Assembly: GCA_049840435.1 (NCBI GenBank)
Contig: JASGKY010000044.1
Location: 131,664 to 195,663 of the forward strand
Direction: 5' to 3'
Length of the DNA: 64,000 nucleotides
DNA from: Verrucomicrobiota bacterium
Lineage (GTDB): Bacteria; Verrucomicrobiota; Verrucomicrobiia; Limisphaerales; JADLHS01
The stretch's first letter is position 1. Every line of letters begins with the position of its first letter. Positions 51,845-60,434 of this stretch are shown piece after piece. The notes under the pieces were generated by a model that saw only the letters and a program-made list of their open reading frames with translations, did not search any database and was not told the DNA's origin. The position numbers and the translations under genes were made by a program.

Positions 51845-52729
51845 TCAGGCCAGCCCGAGATTCTTTAGCACCCGAACGGTTGAGGCTGCCTTGTTCAGCG
51901 TGTAGAAATGCAAGCCCGGCACGCCCGCCTTGAGCAGCGCTTCGCATTGTTTGGTGCAATACTCGATGCCGAACTCCGCCGCTGCTGCGTCATCCTTGCT
52001 GACCTTTTCCAGTTGGGCGTCGAGTGCGGCGGGAATCTTGGCGCCGCAGACTTGCGAGAACTTGCGGATGCCTGGCGCGCTGACGACGGAGATCATGCCC
52101 GGCACGAGCGGCACGGTGACCCCGAGCTTTGTGAGGTAATCCCGGAACTCAAAATAGTCCGTGTTATCAAAGAACAACTGTGTGATGACAAAGTCCGCGC
52201 CGGCATCAATCTTCTGCTTGAGCCGTTGCCAGTCCACGTGCTTGCCTTCCTTGCACGCGACGTGACCTTCGGGAAAGCCTGCGCAGCCGATGCTGAAGCC
52301 GTTTTGCTCACGGATGAATTTCACGAGTTGTGATGAATACTCGAACCCGCCGGGCGTGGGCTGGAATTCGCCGCCGCCGGGTGGGTCGCCGCGCAGGGCG
52401 AGAATATTTTTGCAGCCGCTTAGTTTGATTTTCTGCAACAACTCGCCGACCTGTTCGCGTGTGTGGTTGACGCAGGTCAGATGCGCAAGCGCGGGGAGTT
52501 GGTGTTCTCGCTGGATGCGATCCACGATCATCAATGTCTTGTCCCGCGTGCTACCGCCCGCGCCATAGGTCACAGAGCAGAAATCCGGCTTCACTTCCTT
52601 GAGCGTCGGGATGTGTTTTTCGAGCAACGCTCTGTCGCCTTCTTCCGTCTTGGGCGGGAAAAATTCCAACGAGACGACCGGTTTTCCGGCGGCGCGCTTG
52701 GCGGCATAGATGTCACGAATCAATTGCAT
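51845..52729 (-). CDS. metF: Methylenetetrahydrofolate reductase
   Basis: SLEFFPPK, SVTYGAGG, AHLTCV, LALRGDPP, ITQLFFD, LHFYTLN. Confidence 0.97.
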   Translation of the reverse strand: MQLIRDIYAAKRAAGKPVVSLEFFPPKTEEGDRALLEKHIPTLKEVKPDFCSVTYGAGGSTRDKTLMIVDRIQREHQLPALAHLTCVNHTREQVGELLQKIKLSGCKNILALRGDPPGGGEFQPTPGGFEYSSQLVKFIREQNGFSIGCAGFPEGHVACKEGKHVDWQRLKQKIDAGADFVITQLFFDNTDYFEFRDYLTKLGVTVPLVPGMISVVSAPGIRKFSQVCGAKIPAALDAQLEKVSKDDAAAAEFGIEYCTKQCEALLKAGVPGLHFYTLNKAASTVRVLKNLGLA

Positions 52730-52806
52730 GGGCGGGGACTATGCCGCAGATCGGGGGGAAAACCAAGTCCGGGGATGCACCAAATCCGCTGCAGACCAGG
52801 AGCCAT

Positions 52807-52836
52807 AAAAAAACGCCGGACGCTTACGCCCGGCGC
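52807..52836 (-). terminator. Rho-independent terminator after the PEP-CTERM gene
   Basis: Minus strand: CGCCGGGCG-TAAG-CGTCCGGCG-TTTTTTT. Confidence 0.8.
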
Positions 52837-52860
52837 TGGAAATCTTCAAAAAATTCAGAT

Positions 52861-53574
52861 TCAATTGCGGCGATGTCGCAGCACGATCAGCGCAAAGCTG
52901 CCCAAAATACCGAGCACCATGGCAGACGGTTCGGGAATTGGTTGCGCGGAAATCGTGATGCCGTCAAAGAAGCCATAGCTGGCGTCATTGTTCGCGCCAG
53001 TGGTGGTCATGCCCAGTTGCAAGGTGAACGTGCCGGGCGCGCTGGTTCCCCATTGCCACGAATTCCAAGCGGGAGTTGAGGAGGGCAAAGCGAGCAAATT
53101 GACCGACGGTCCTGAGGTGGCATCCCATAGAGATGCGATGAGATGGCCTTCGGAATCGAGCACCCGCACCCAAGCGGTATCATTGGGTTGATTGTCCCCA
53201 TTGAAGAATGCGGCCAACCCGGACAGCCTTTCGCCCGGATTCAATGTGAAGCTTTGGCTGACAGAAAAGTTATACGTCTCATTACCTAGGAAATTTGCAT
53301 TGGCGCGCGAGTTGAGGGTCAGGAAGCGACCGCCATCTGCAGCGAGCATGCTAGGGTTGAAACCCAAGCCACTACCCCAAGTGCTCATCGTCCGGGCCTG
53401 ACCGGCCGTCCGGCTGAAGGGCTCCGTCGCGCTACTGCCGGAATCGCTTTGAAACGTCCAGCCCTGCAGATTCCAAGATTCAAAACTGCCGTTTGCCACG
53501 GCTGCACGCACCACTCCCGGAGCCGTCAGCATGGCCAATCCGATACCCAGGGAGATCATAAAACGGGTTTTCAT
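52861..53574 (-). CDS. PEP-CTERM protein
   Basis: Signal peptide from ATG 53574; NGSFES..L.GW; C-terminal IPEPSAMVLGILGSFALIVLRHRRN. Confidence 0.9.
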   Translation of the reverse strand: MKTRFMISLGIGLAMLTAPGVVRAAVANGSFESWNLQGWTFQSDSGSSATEPFSRTAGQARTMSTWGSGLGFNPSMLAADGGRFLTLNSRANANFLGNETYNFSVSQSFTLNPGERLSGLAAFFNGDNQPNDTAWVRVLDSEGHLIASLWDATSGPSVNLLALPSSTPAWNSWQWGTSAPGTFTLQLGMTTTGANNDASYGFFDGITISAQPIPEPSAMVLGILGSFALIVLRHRRN

Positions 53575-53664
53575 ATCGCGCTCCAAACTCCACCAAACCC
53601 GCAACTCTGCAACCAAGGGTGAACCCGAATCCGCCATCCGGCCGATTTCGGACAAAACGCCGGG

Positions 53665-54283
53665 TCAGGCCGCCGGAGCGGCAAGCTGTGCCAGCAGTTG
53701 CGCCTGCAACTGTGCCACGCACGCGGTTACGTTGAGTTGGTCGGTGCGCAACTCTACTTCCGCCGCTTGGGGCGGTTCGTAAGGGGCGGAAATGCCCGTG
53801 AAGTCCTTGAGTTCGCCAGTGCGGGCCCGGGCATAAAGCCCCTTGGGATCGCGTCGCTCGCATACTTCGAGCGGTGAATTGACGAATACTTCCACAAATC
53901 GGCCTGCCTGCGCCGCGGCCCGGGCGCGATCCCGGTCGCGACGATACGGCGAGATCAACGCCACGATGCAAATTAATCCCGCGTCCGCAAACAGCCGGGC
54001 CACTTCGCCCACACGCCGGATGTTTTCCTGCCGATCCTCGGGCGAGAAGCCGAGGTCGGCACACAAACCGCGTCGCAAACAATCTCCGTCCAGTACCACA
54101 GACCGCTCGACCACTCTGTTGCAGTTCAAGTTCCAAGGCCCGCGCAATCGTTGTCTTGCCCGCCCCGCTCAAGCCAGTCAGCCAGACGACGCAGCCTGTC
54201 CGCCCCGTAATCGTCTCGCGTCTGTGGATTTCTTGCGGATTTTCGACTTCTAACTTTTGACCTCTGACTTCTAACTTATTCAT
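53665..54283 (-). CDS. cysC: Adenylyl-sulfate kinase, frameshift near 54100
   Basis: [13 protein letters not shown] in one frame; [43 protein letters not shown] in the next. Confidence 0.92.
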
Positions 54284-57152
54284 CCTGCCAGTCCTTGAGT
54301 CGTTGATTGGCCACAGCTGTTTGAGGTGCGGCTGTTACACTGTTTGTGAGGAATGCCTGATAATACAGAATCATGGCATTGGTATCCCGTTCGTGCCACG
54401 CAATGCTGCCAAGACCAAACAGCGCGCTTGGTGCAGAAGCTGGATGGTTCAGTAGTTTTTCATAATCTTGCCGCGCGTCTTCCAGCTTCCCGGCTCGCAA
54501 AGCGGCGATGGCCCGGAACAACCGGGCGCTGGGACTAGTCGGCTCCAGCACTAGTGCTTGGGTCAATGTGCTTATGGCTGCCTCGGCTTGGCCGGCCCGA
54601 AGTTCCGCGTGGCCTTTCTTGATGATCCATTCCAAGCGTTTTGGATCTCGCTGCCACAACACCTCGCGCCATTTTAGTTCGTTACTAAACAACCCCGCAT
54701 TAGCCAGGAAATCTGCGGCCCCAAGCAGCACCGGAGTTTCAGTGCGGGGCGCTGCTGCAACCGAATTTATCAGGGCAACGGCGGCGTTGGTCTGGCCCGT
54801 TCGCCACAATGAAGTGGCCCGCGCTTGTAGCCATTGCGCTCGCGCCGGGCCTTGGAGTCGAGTGGTCGGAAGGACAGTTTCTTCCGTCAACGCCAGTGCG
54901 GCAGCATAATTACCCAGCAAGTTTTGGCACTGGGCCTGCGCCAATTGGGGGGCGATCCAATCCCCTGCTAGTTCCGCGCTGCGGGCGAAAGCTTCTAATG
55001 CTTGGCGCGGATTATTGGCGGCGAGATACATGCGGCCCGAATGAAATAGGAACGTTGGTTCGTCCACCGGACCGCAGCGACTGATGACCTCGGCCCACCG
55101 ATCGTAACGGCTGAGTTCTTTTGGATGCGTTTCGCGTAGCCATGCCAGGGTCAGTCGGTTTGTAATGCCGCGCTGGTGGCGGGTGGCAAATTCCAAGTTG
55201 ATAAGTGCGGTGAGGTTGTCGGGGTCAAAGGCCAGTGCGCGGTGAAACCAGAATGTAGTTTCCTCTTTCAAGCCTGCGCGCTGTGCCAGCACACCCCAAT
55301 GATTCAGCACTTTTGAATAAGCTCCCGCTAGCAACGCAGCGGTTTCATTGGCGCGACTCGATAATTTGAACGCTTGGACCGGAGGTTGCGTCCAGCGTTT
55401 CGTCTGGTTCTGATTGGTTTCAAACTGTTCTGCCCGCGTTGCTAACTCATTGGTCCAGCGCGCCTGCCAGAGCTGTTCATTGGCGGCGATTGTTTGAGTG
55501 GTGGTGGGGTGAGTTAGATTTTCAGGCGAGCGGGACTCCAGTTGTTGGACCCAACCATGCGGGGTCGCCGTGAAGGTTTCGAAAAAAAAGCCGGAGCTGG
55601 GCTGCAGATAAACCACCGGCTCGTTGGTGGCGATTTGTCGCACCGCGGCGAGCAACTGAACTGCCCGCAAAGCTTCGGTGCGATTGGTGCCGATCATATC
55701 AGGCCAGCGATCACCGTAGGTGCGGCGCAAGTGGCGATGGTAGCCCGACCGCGGCAGCGACGGGGTATCCACCAGCAAAACGTCTTGCGCCCGACCTCGG
55801 GCTGCCAATTCCGCCTGGGCCAGAAGCAGCGATGTCGTATCATCGCTTAGTACCGTCACCCGTCCGGCGGGCAGATCATCGCAGAGTTGCCGGGCGAATT
55901 CTCGTAGCGCCCCGCCGTTTGTCAGGCGGACGTTGTGGAAGTTTTTCCAGAGTAAACCCGCTGGCAGTAATACCAGCAAAATCAAGGCGACGGCAGCAGG
56001 CCATTTCACTTGGCGCCGGGCTTGTGGCTTTTTTCCAAATAACAGCAGGTAGCCCGCACAATGTCCCGCTACCAACGCCCACGTGTAATGGTAGAGCAAC
56101 AGCGGGGTGCGCAGTTCGACTTGACGCGGAATGATCGTGGCGTTCAGCGCCAGCCACAGCGCTGCGAGGAACAGCAACGCGTGGGTGAAGTGCCCGCTGG
56201 CTTTGGCAAAAAACACGCCCACATGGGTATCGTCCGCTAGTTGCACAGTGTGCGAACGCCACTTCACTGCCAGTAACAGGAATGGCAGCGCTGCGGTCAG
56301 CACCAGCAAGCGCAGCGCGGGCAGGTGGAAAATTTGCAGCGCCTGCTTTTGTACGCCCAATTCAAATTTCAGCGCCGGCCAGAAATTTAAAGGCTCCGGT
56401 GACGTTGCCCATTGCAGCATGGGCACAAGCAAATACAGGCTGAGTCCAGTTAGTGCCGCGCCGGTCAGGCGGAGCAGAAATTGGCCGTTGAGACATTTGC
56501 TGTAGCCCTTCACCCAGATGACAGCGGCGGCGAACGCTGGCAGGTAGCCGATCAGAAGCCAGCTATCCGTCATGCCGAGGGCGTAAGCCAAGGTGGCGCG
56601 ATAAAGCCACGAGTCCCGAGGGTCGAGGCGAAACTCCAGCACGCATCGAAACGCGACCGCGAAACACAGCAGGCTCAACATTTCGCCGCTCGCTGCCGTG
56701 GCATGCTCCCAAAAACCCAGTTGCAACCCGCAGATGGCCGTTGCAAACACTGGTGGCAGCCAGGCGAGTGGGCCGGTCAGGAGTGCGGGATTAGCCTTAT
56801 GTTTCCAAGCTGGGCCATCGGGGGCGACATCGTGTTGAAGCATCGCCACTGAGCGCGCGAGTTGGTGCAAAACCCCGGCAGCGACTCCAGCGGTGAGGAG
56901 ATTGGCGAGCCACGGCAGCCACGCCGTTGGTAAGAGTTTGAGTGGTGCGAATGCCAACAGGGTTAGTGGTCGCCCTAATCCTGGCTGCGGCCACCAGCCT
57001 GACCCGCGCGTCAGGGTTTCCAGACTGTGCAGTGCCAGCCAGTGATTTAGTGTGCTGCAATAGAACAGCAGCGCCGTGCCACCAATCAACCAGGACAGCG
57101 ATCGGGCTGGTTGGAGTGCTGGCGATGGGGCGCTGGATTTGTTGGTCATCAA
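54276..57152 (-). CDS. DUF2723 (TMEM260-like GT-C) membrane protein with C-terminal TPR repeats
   Basis: N-terminal multi-TM region with 'FWEHATAASGE' and 'SLYLLVP'; long soluble C-terminus with TPR-like helices. Confidence 0.7.
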   Translation of the reverse strand: MMTNKSSAPSPALQPARSLSWLIGGTALLFYCSTLNHWLALHSLETLTRGSGWWPQPGLGRPLTLLAFAPLKLLPTAWLPWLANLLTAGVAAGVLHQLARSVAMLQHDVAPDGPAWKHKANPALLTGPLAWLPPVFATAICGLQLGFWEHATAASGEMLSLLCFAVAFRCVLEFRLDPRDSWLYRATLAYALGMTDSWLLIGYLPAFAAAVIWVKGYSKCLNGQFLLRLTGAALTGLSLYLLVPMLQWATSPEPLNFWPALKFELGVQKQALQIFHLPALRLLVLTAALPFLLLAVKWRSHTVQLADDTHVGVFFAKASGHFTHALLFLAALWLALNATIIPRQVELRTPLLLYHYTWALVAGHCAGYLLLFGKKPQARRQVKWPAAVALILLVLLPAGLLWKNFHNVRLTNGGALREFARQLCDDLPAGRVTVLSDDTTSLLLAQAELAARGRAQDVLLVDTPSLPRSGYHRHLRRTYGDRWPDMIGTNRTEALRAVQLLAAVRQIATNEPVVYLQPSSGFFFETFTATPHGWVQQLESRSPENLTHPTTTQTIAANEQLWQARWTNELATRAEQFETNQNQTKRWTQPPVQAFKLSSRANETAALLAGAYSKVLNHWGVLAQRAGLKEETTFWFHRALAFDPDNLTALINLEFATRHQRGITNRLTLAWLRETHPKELSRYDRWAEVISRCGPVDEPTFLFHSGRMYLAANNPRQALEAFARSAELAGDWIAPQLAQAQCQNLLGNYAAALALTEETVLPTTRLQGPARAQWLQARATSLWRTGQTNAAVALINSVAAAPRTETPVLLGAADFLANAGLFSNELKWREVLWQRDPKRLEWIIKKGHAELRAGQAEAAISTLTQALVLEPTSPSARLFRAIAALRAGKLEDARQDYEKLLNHPASAPSALFGLGSIAWHERDTNAMILYYQAFLTNSVTAAPQTAVANQRLKDWQDE

Positions 57153-57401
57153 ACCGCGACAGTAGGGGCGAGTCAGCGCGGGTTGGCAAGTCGGCAGTCA
57201 AGCGGCGCGGAGTTGTCGCGCACTTGAAGGAGGTAGTTTTTTTTAATGTAACCTTAGTCAGGGCTAAGCCCGAATCGGAAGATTCACGGTGAAGTAGAAG
57301 TAAATGCTTCACCCGTTGGACTATTTTAGAAGCTAATCTCAATCCCAACACGACTGAGGCACTGTTGCGTTTCGTTGTGCTGCCAGCAATCAGATGTTTG
57401 A

Positions 57402-59123
57402 TCAGGTGTTTGGGGCGAGCGCCGTCCATTTTCCGCGGATGACCGCGCGCACTGATGGGGACAGCGGCGGCAGTTTGTTGGGGTCCAGAAAATTGCTGTC
57501 GAAGTACCAGTTGCGGTTGGGGGGATTATAGATGTCGTAGGCGGTGCCAGTGCCGAGCCAAGGTGCGGTCGCTTGTTTGCTTTGGAACAGAACCACCATC
57601 GAGCCATTGTAAGTGAGAGTTTTGCCGCTCCAATTTTCGAGGAAGCGCGGGAAGTTCTCCACCCCGCCACTGTAATGATTATTCCCGGTTTCCACGATGC
57701 CGGCCAGGAACGCCGCGTTTACAGTCGTGTCGCTGGCGTTCCGGTTGCCGAGAGATTTGGAGCTATTTCCGTCACTCCAGGCCCCCGACAGAATATTGAT
57801 TGCGTCGGCGATCAAGGCGGCGGGTTTGGTGGTGGCGGTATTACTGCTCCCCACTGCGGTGCCGGAGGCGTTGTAGTGGCCTTGGACGTACAGCGGATTG
57901 GGAGTGGCGACTGTCAGCCCGGAAGGCGGCAATGTGTCCCCATTGATCAAGCGGATGGCTGTGGCGGTGGTCGAACTGGTGGTACGCTGGTCCGCCACGT
58001 AAACCGAGGTGATATCTCGTTTGAGCGCATTCTTGAGGGCGTTGTTTGTGGTGGCATTCCACGTGTTAAGTTTTTTGACGTCAATTTCCGTCACCTTCAT
58101 GGTTTTACCTTCGCGCTTATCGTAGAAGCTTTTGGTGGTGCTGACAAAATTGCTAACGGAGTCCCATTTCAGGTTGGGGCCGTTGCCGTTGCCGACTCCG
58201 CCTCCGCGGACGTCCACGCTTGAATCGTTCACGACGATCACGAGATCGGCGTTGTTGTAAAAGCGTTGTTTGCCCATCTCTGTATTGACGGATTCGTTGT
58301 TTGGAGGGATTTCCACAATTTTTCTTAATTCATCGGGGGTGTTGGCGGCGCCGATGGGAATCTGCAAGGTCATCACTCCGCTATCGTGGTCGGATTTGAA
58401 GCTGACGCTGCCGCCACTCCGCACCGAGGGATCGCCCGGTTTTTTATCGGGAATGATTTCACCCGCGCTCGTGACGTCGCCACTAAAGGTGAGCTTGGCG
58501 CTGGGTTGCAGATAGATTTGAGCGTTGCCGTGGGTGCGGCCGCCAATAGTCATCTGGGCGCCGGGATTCACTTCCATATCCAGATTGTAGAAAATGGCGA
58601 ATTGGAAGATGGGGATGAGCGCCAACTGCACGTCTTGCTGCACCGTGCCACTTAACTTAACAGCCGCGTCCAGGTCCAGCGCGTTGGCGGTGATCCGGTA
58701 GGTGGCGGCGTAGCCTTTCAGGCCTTTATATTGGGAAATCAATGGCGTGCCATCGGCCCACGCCGCTACGACATCAACAGCCACTTCATTGTCCTGCTTT
58801 TTCCCGTTGCTGAATTTGAATTTGTTCCAGTGTGCGTTTTCGCTCCCTTTGGGCACGCGCGATTTGTAGGTGGGCACCTTGCCATGTACCACGGCCGCGC
58901 CTTGTTTGGCAAAGTCTGTCGCCAGTTCGGCGATGACTTTTTCTGTGGCTGCCTCCGCGGCGGCAACGGCGATGGAATGGCGCACCGCCCGATCGTTGAG
59001 GTTGGCGGTGGTGCTGGTCCATTGCATGGTGCTCGCCAGAATCAACAGACTGGCCGCCGCCAACACCATGACCACAAGCAATGCCGAAGCATTTTGCCGG
59101 GAGCGCCGAATCCATGTTTTCAT
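57402..59123 (-). CDS. PilX/HpsA-like large minor pilin
   Basis: N-terminal 'S|ALLVVMVL' PilX-type helix, AAEAA; PIFQFAIFY; C-terminal SGGVENFPRFLENW...YNPPNRNWYFD..LPP. Confidence 0.75.
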   Translation of the reverse strand: MKTWIRRSRQNASALLVVMVLAAASLLILASTMQWTSTTANLNDRAVRHSIAVAAAEAATEKVIAELATDFAKQGAAVVHGKVPTYKSRVPKGSENAHWNKFKFSNGKKQDNEVAVDVVAAWADGTPLISQYKGLKGYAATYRITANALDLDAAVKLSGTVQQDVQLALIPIFQFAIFYNLDMEVNPGAQMTIGGRTHGNAQIYLQPSAKLTFSGDVTSAGEIIPDKKPGDPSVRSGGSVSFKSDHDSGVMTLQIPIGAANTPDELRKIVEIPPNNESVNTEMGKQRFYNNADLVIVVNDSSVDVRGGGVGNGNGPNLKWDSVSNFVSTTKSFYDKREGKTMKVTEIDVKKLNTWNATTNNALKNALKRDITSVYVADQRTTSSTTATAIRLINGDTLPPSGLTVATPNPLYVQGHYNASGTAVGSSNTATTKPAALIADAINILSGAWSDGNSSKSLGNRNASDTTVNAAFLAGIVETGNNHYSGGVENFPRFLENWSGKTLTYNGSMVVLFQSKQATAPWLGTGTAYDIYNPPNRNWYFDSNFLDPNKLPPLSPSVRAVIRGKWTALAPNT

Positions 59124-59141
59124 ATCGTCTGAGGGGTAAGG

Positions 59142-59741
59142 TTATTCCAACGCTCGGCGGGTAACTTTGGTGCGCACTTGATAGTAGTCGTAGATGAAAC
59201 CGTTTCCGCTGCCTTGATTTCGCACGAATTGTAGGTTCAGCCCAATCACCCGGTTGTTAAAATTGTTCGATAGAACCTGTCCAAAACTGTCTTCTGAAGT
59301 GAACACCAGTTGATTGGTCACCGAGCGAGCCATGATGATCTCTGTGCCGTCGCTGGTGTATCGCTTTAGTATATCATCGTCTGTATCGCAGAAATAGCGG
59401 ATGAATTTGTTCGTCGCTTCCTTGTCTGGATAAACCTCCAGCGCATTGCCTTCCTGTCGCTGGCCAAAAGGGACTTCCGCGAAATTTGTCGCGTCGCCCG
59501 TGCCGATCCGGACTCGTCCGGCCGTCCGAATGTCTGCAGCAACCTTGCTCAAGGTGTTGCGGGCGTCGTTGCTCGCCAACAACTTCATTTTGACGGTCAT
59601 GTCATAGCGCATGGAAAAAATGTGCAGGCCCATGAAACCCGCCAGCGCTAACCCAAAAATGACGCTGGTCACCATGACTTCCGGCAACGTCATGCCCAGC
59701 GCTCCCCGCCGCCGGTTAGGATTTGCAGCATTCAATTTCAT
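59142..59741 (-). CDS. Prepilin-type protein (PilW-like)
   Basis: Class III signal RRGALG|MTLPEVMV. Confidence 0.85.
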   Translation of the reverse strand: MKLNAANPNRRRGALGMTLPEVMVTSVIFGLALAGFMGLHIFSMRYDMTVKMKLLASNDARNTLSKVAADIRTAGRVRIGTGDATNFAEVPFGQRQEGNALEVYPDKEATNKFIRYFCDTDDDILKRYTSDGTEIIMARSVTNQLVFTSEDSFGQVLSNNFNNRVIGLNLQFVRNQGSGNGFIYDYYQVRTKVTRRALE

Positions 59742-60190
59742 TGGTCAGGGGCCCGGTAGGTCGCGGTGGTATTCGTGAACAAGCCGCGGGCGCGAAAATG
59801 CCAGATGCTTTCCACGCGGATCATTTTTAAGGGTGGGTCTGCCGAAACATTTGTGATGAAAACGAAGTTAGTCGTGTAAGTGACGTTTGTTCCGGATTGC
59901 GGCACATCCAGGATTTCGACCGTAGGTGGAAAGTTGGCAGCTACCAGCATGTCCACCGCCGGGGCGGATTGGGTGTCCCACTTGGCGGCGCGGGCTGTTT
60001 CAAGGCGTTGCGAGGCGGAAGCCTGTGCGGCCAAATGATAGGCCGACCATTCAGAACGATTGGCAGAATGCACGTAACCGAGCAAGATCCCCCCAAACAC
60101 CATCCCTCCAATGGTAAGCGAGAAGACCACCTCAACCAGCGTCATGCCTGCTTGACTGCGCCTTTCAAAAAGGCGGCGGTGAACTTTCAT
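59738..60190 (-). CDS. Prepilin-type protein (PilV-like)
   Basis: RRSQAG|MTLVEVVFSL; ATG at 60190. Confidence 0.85.
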   Translation of the reverse strand: MKVHRRLFERRSQAGMTLVEVVFSLTIGGMVFGGILLGYVHSANRSEWSAYHLAAQASASQRLETARAAKWDTQSAPAVDMLVAANFPPTVEILDVPQSGTNVTYTTNFVFITNVSADPPLKMIRVESIWHFRARGLFTNTTATYRAPDQ

Positions 60191-60224
60191 ATTAATTCGG
60201 CCCCAATCTCCAGAACTGAGTTTT

Positions 60225-60320
60225 AGCAACTCAGATGCCGGAGCGCCCCCGCTGCTGGTCACTCACCCGCCCGTCACCTAAAGTGCGACATCCATTGGAA
60301 GTTTTTGGACATCATGTCCA
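60225..60320 (-). promoter_or_regulatory. sigma54 -24/-12 promoter with upstream palindromic enhancer
   Basis: Minus strand CCGGCATCTGAGTTGCT (GG-N10-GC) at 60225-60241; inverted repeat TGGACAT-C-ATGTCCA at 60306-60320. Confidence 0.65.
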
Positions 60321-60434
60321 TTATTCGGGCTCGCCCTACAACCTGCTCTGATTGGCGTGGTTGTATTCTTTAAGAGACGTGTCGCTTGCGGCAGGCATTA
60401 TCCGAACGCGATGAGAAAAAAGGCGGTAAAACAC

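Noticed and set aside
53600..53616. Possible sigma54 promoter (TTGGTTGCAGAGTTGCG) before the PEP-CTERM gene
   Set aside because: GG-N10-GC spacing fits, but the -24 element deviates from TGGCAC and no clear enhancer was seen; too weak to call.
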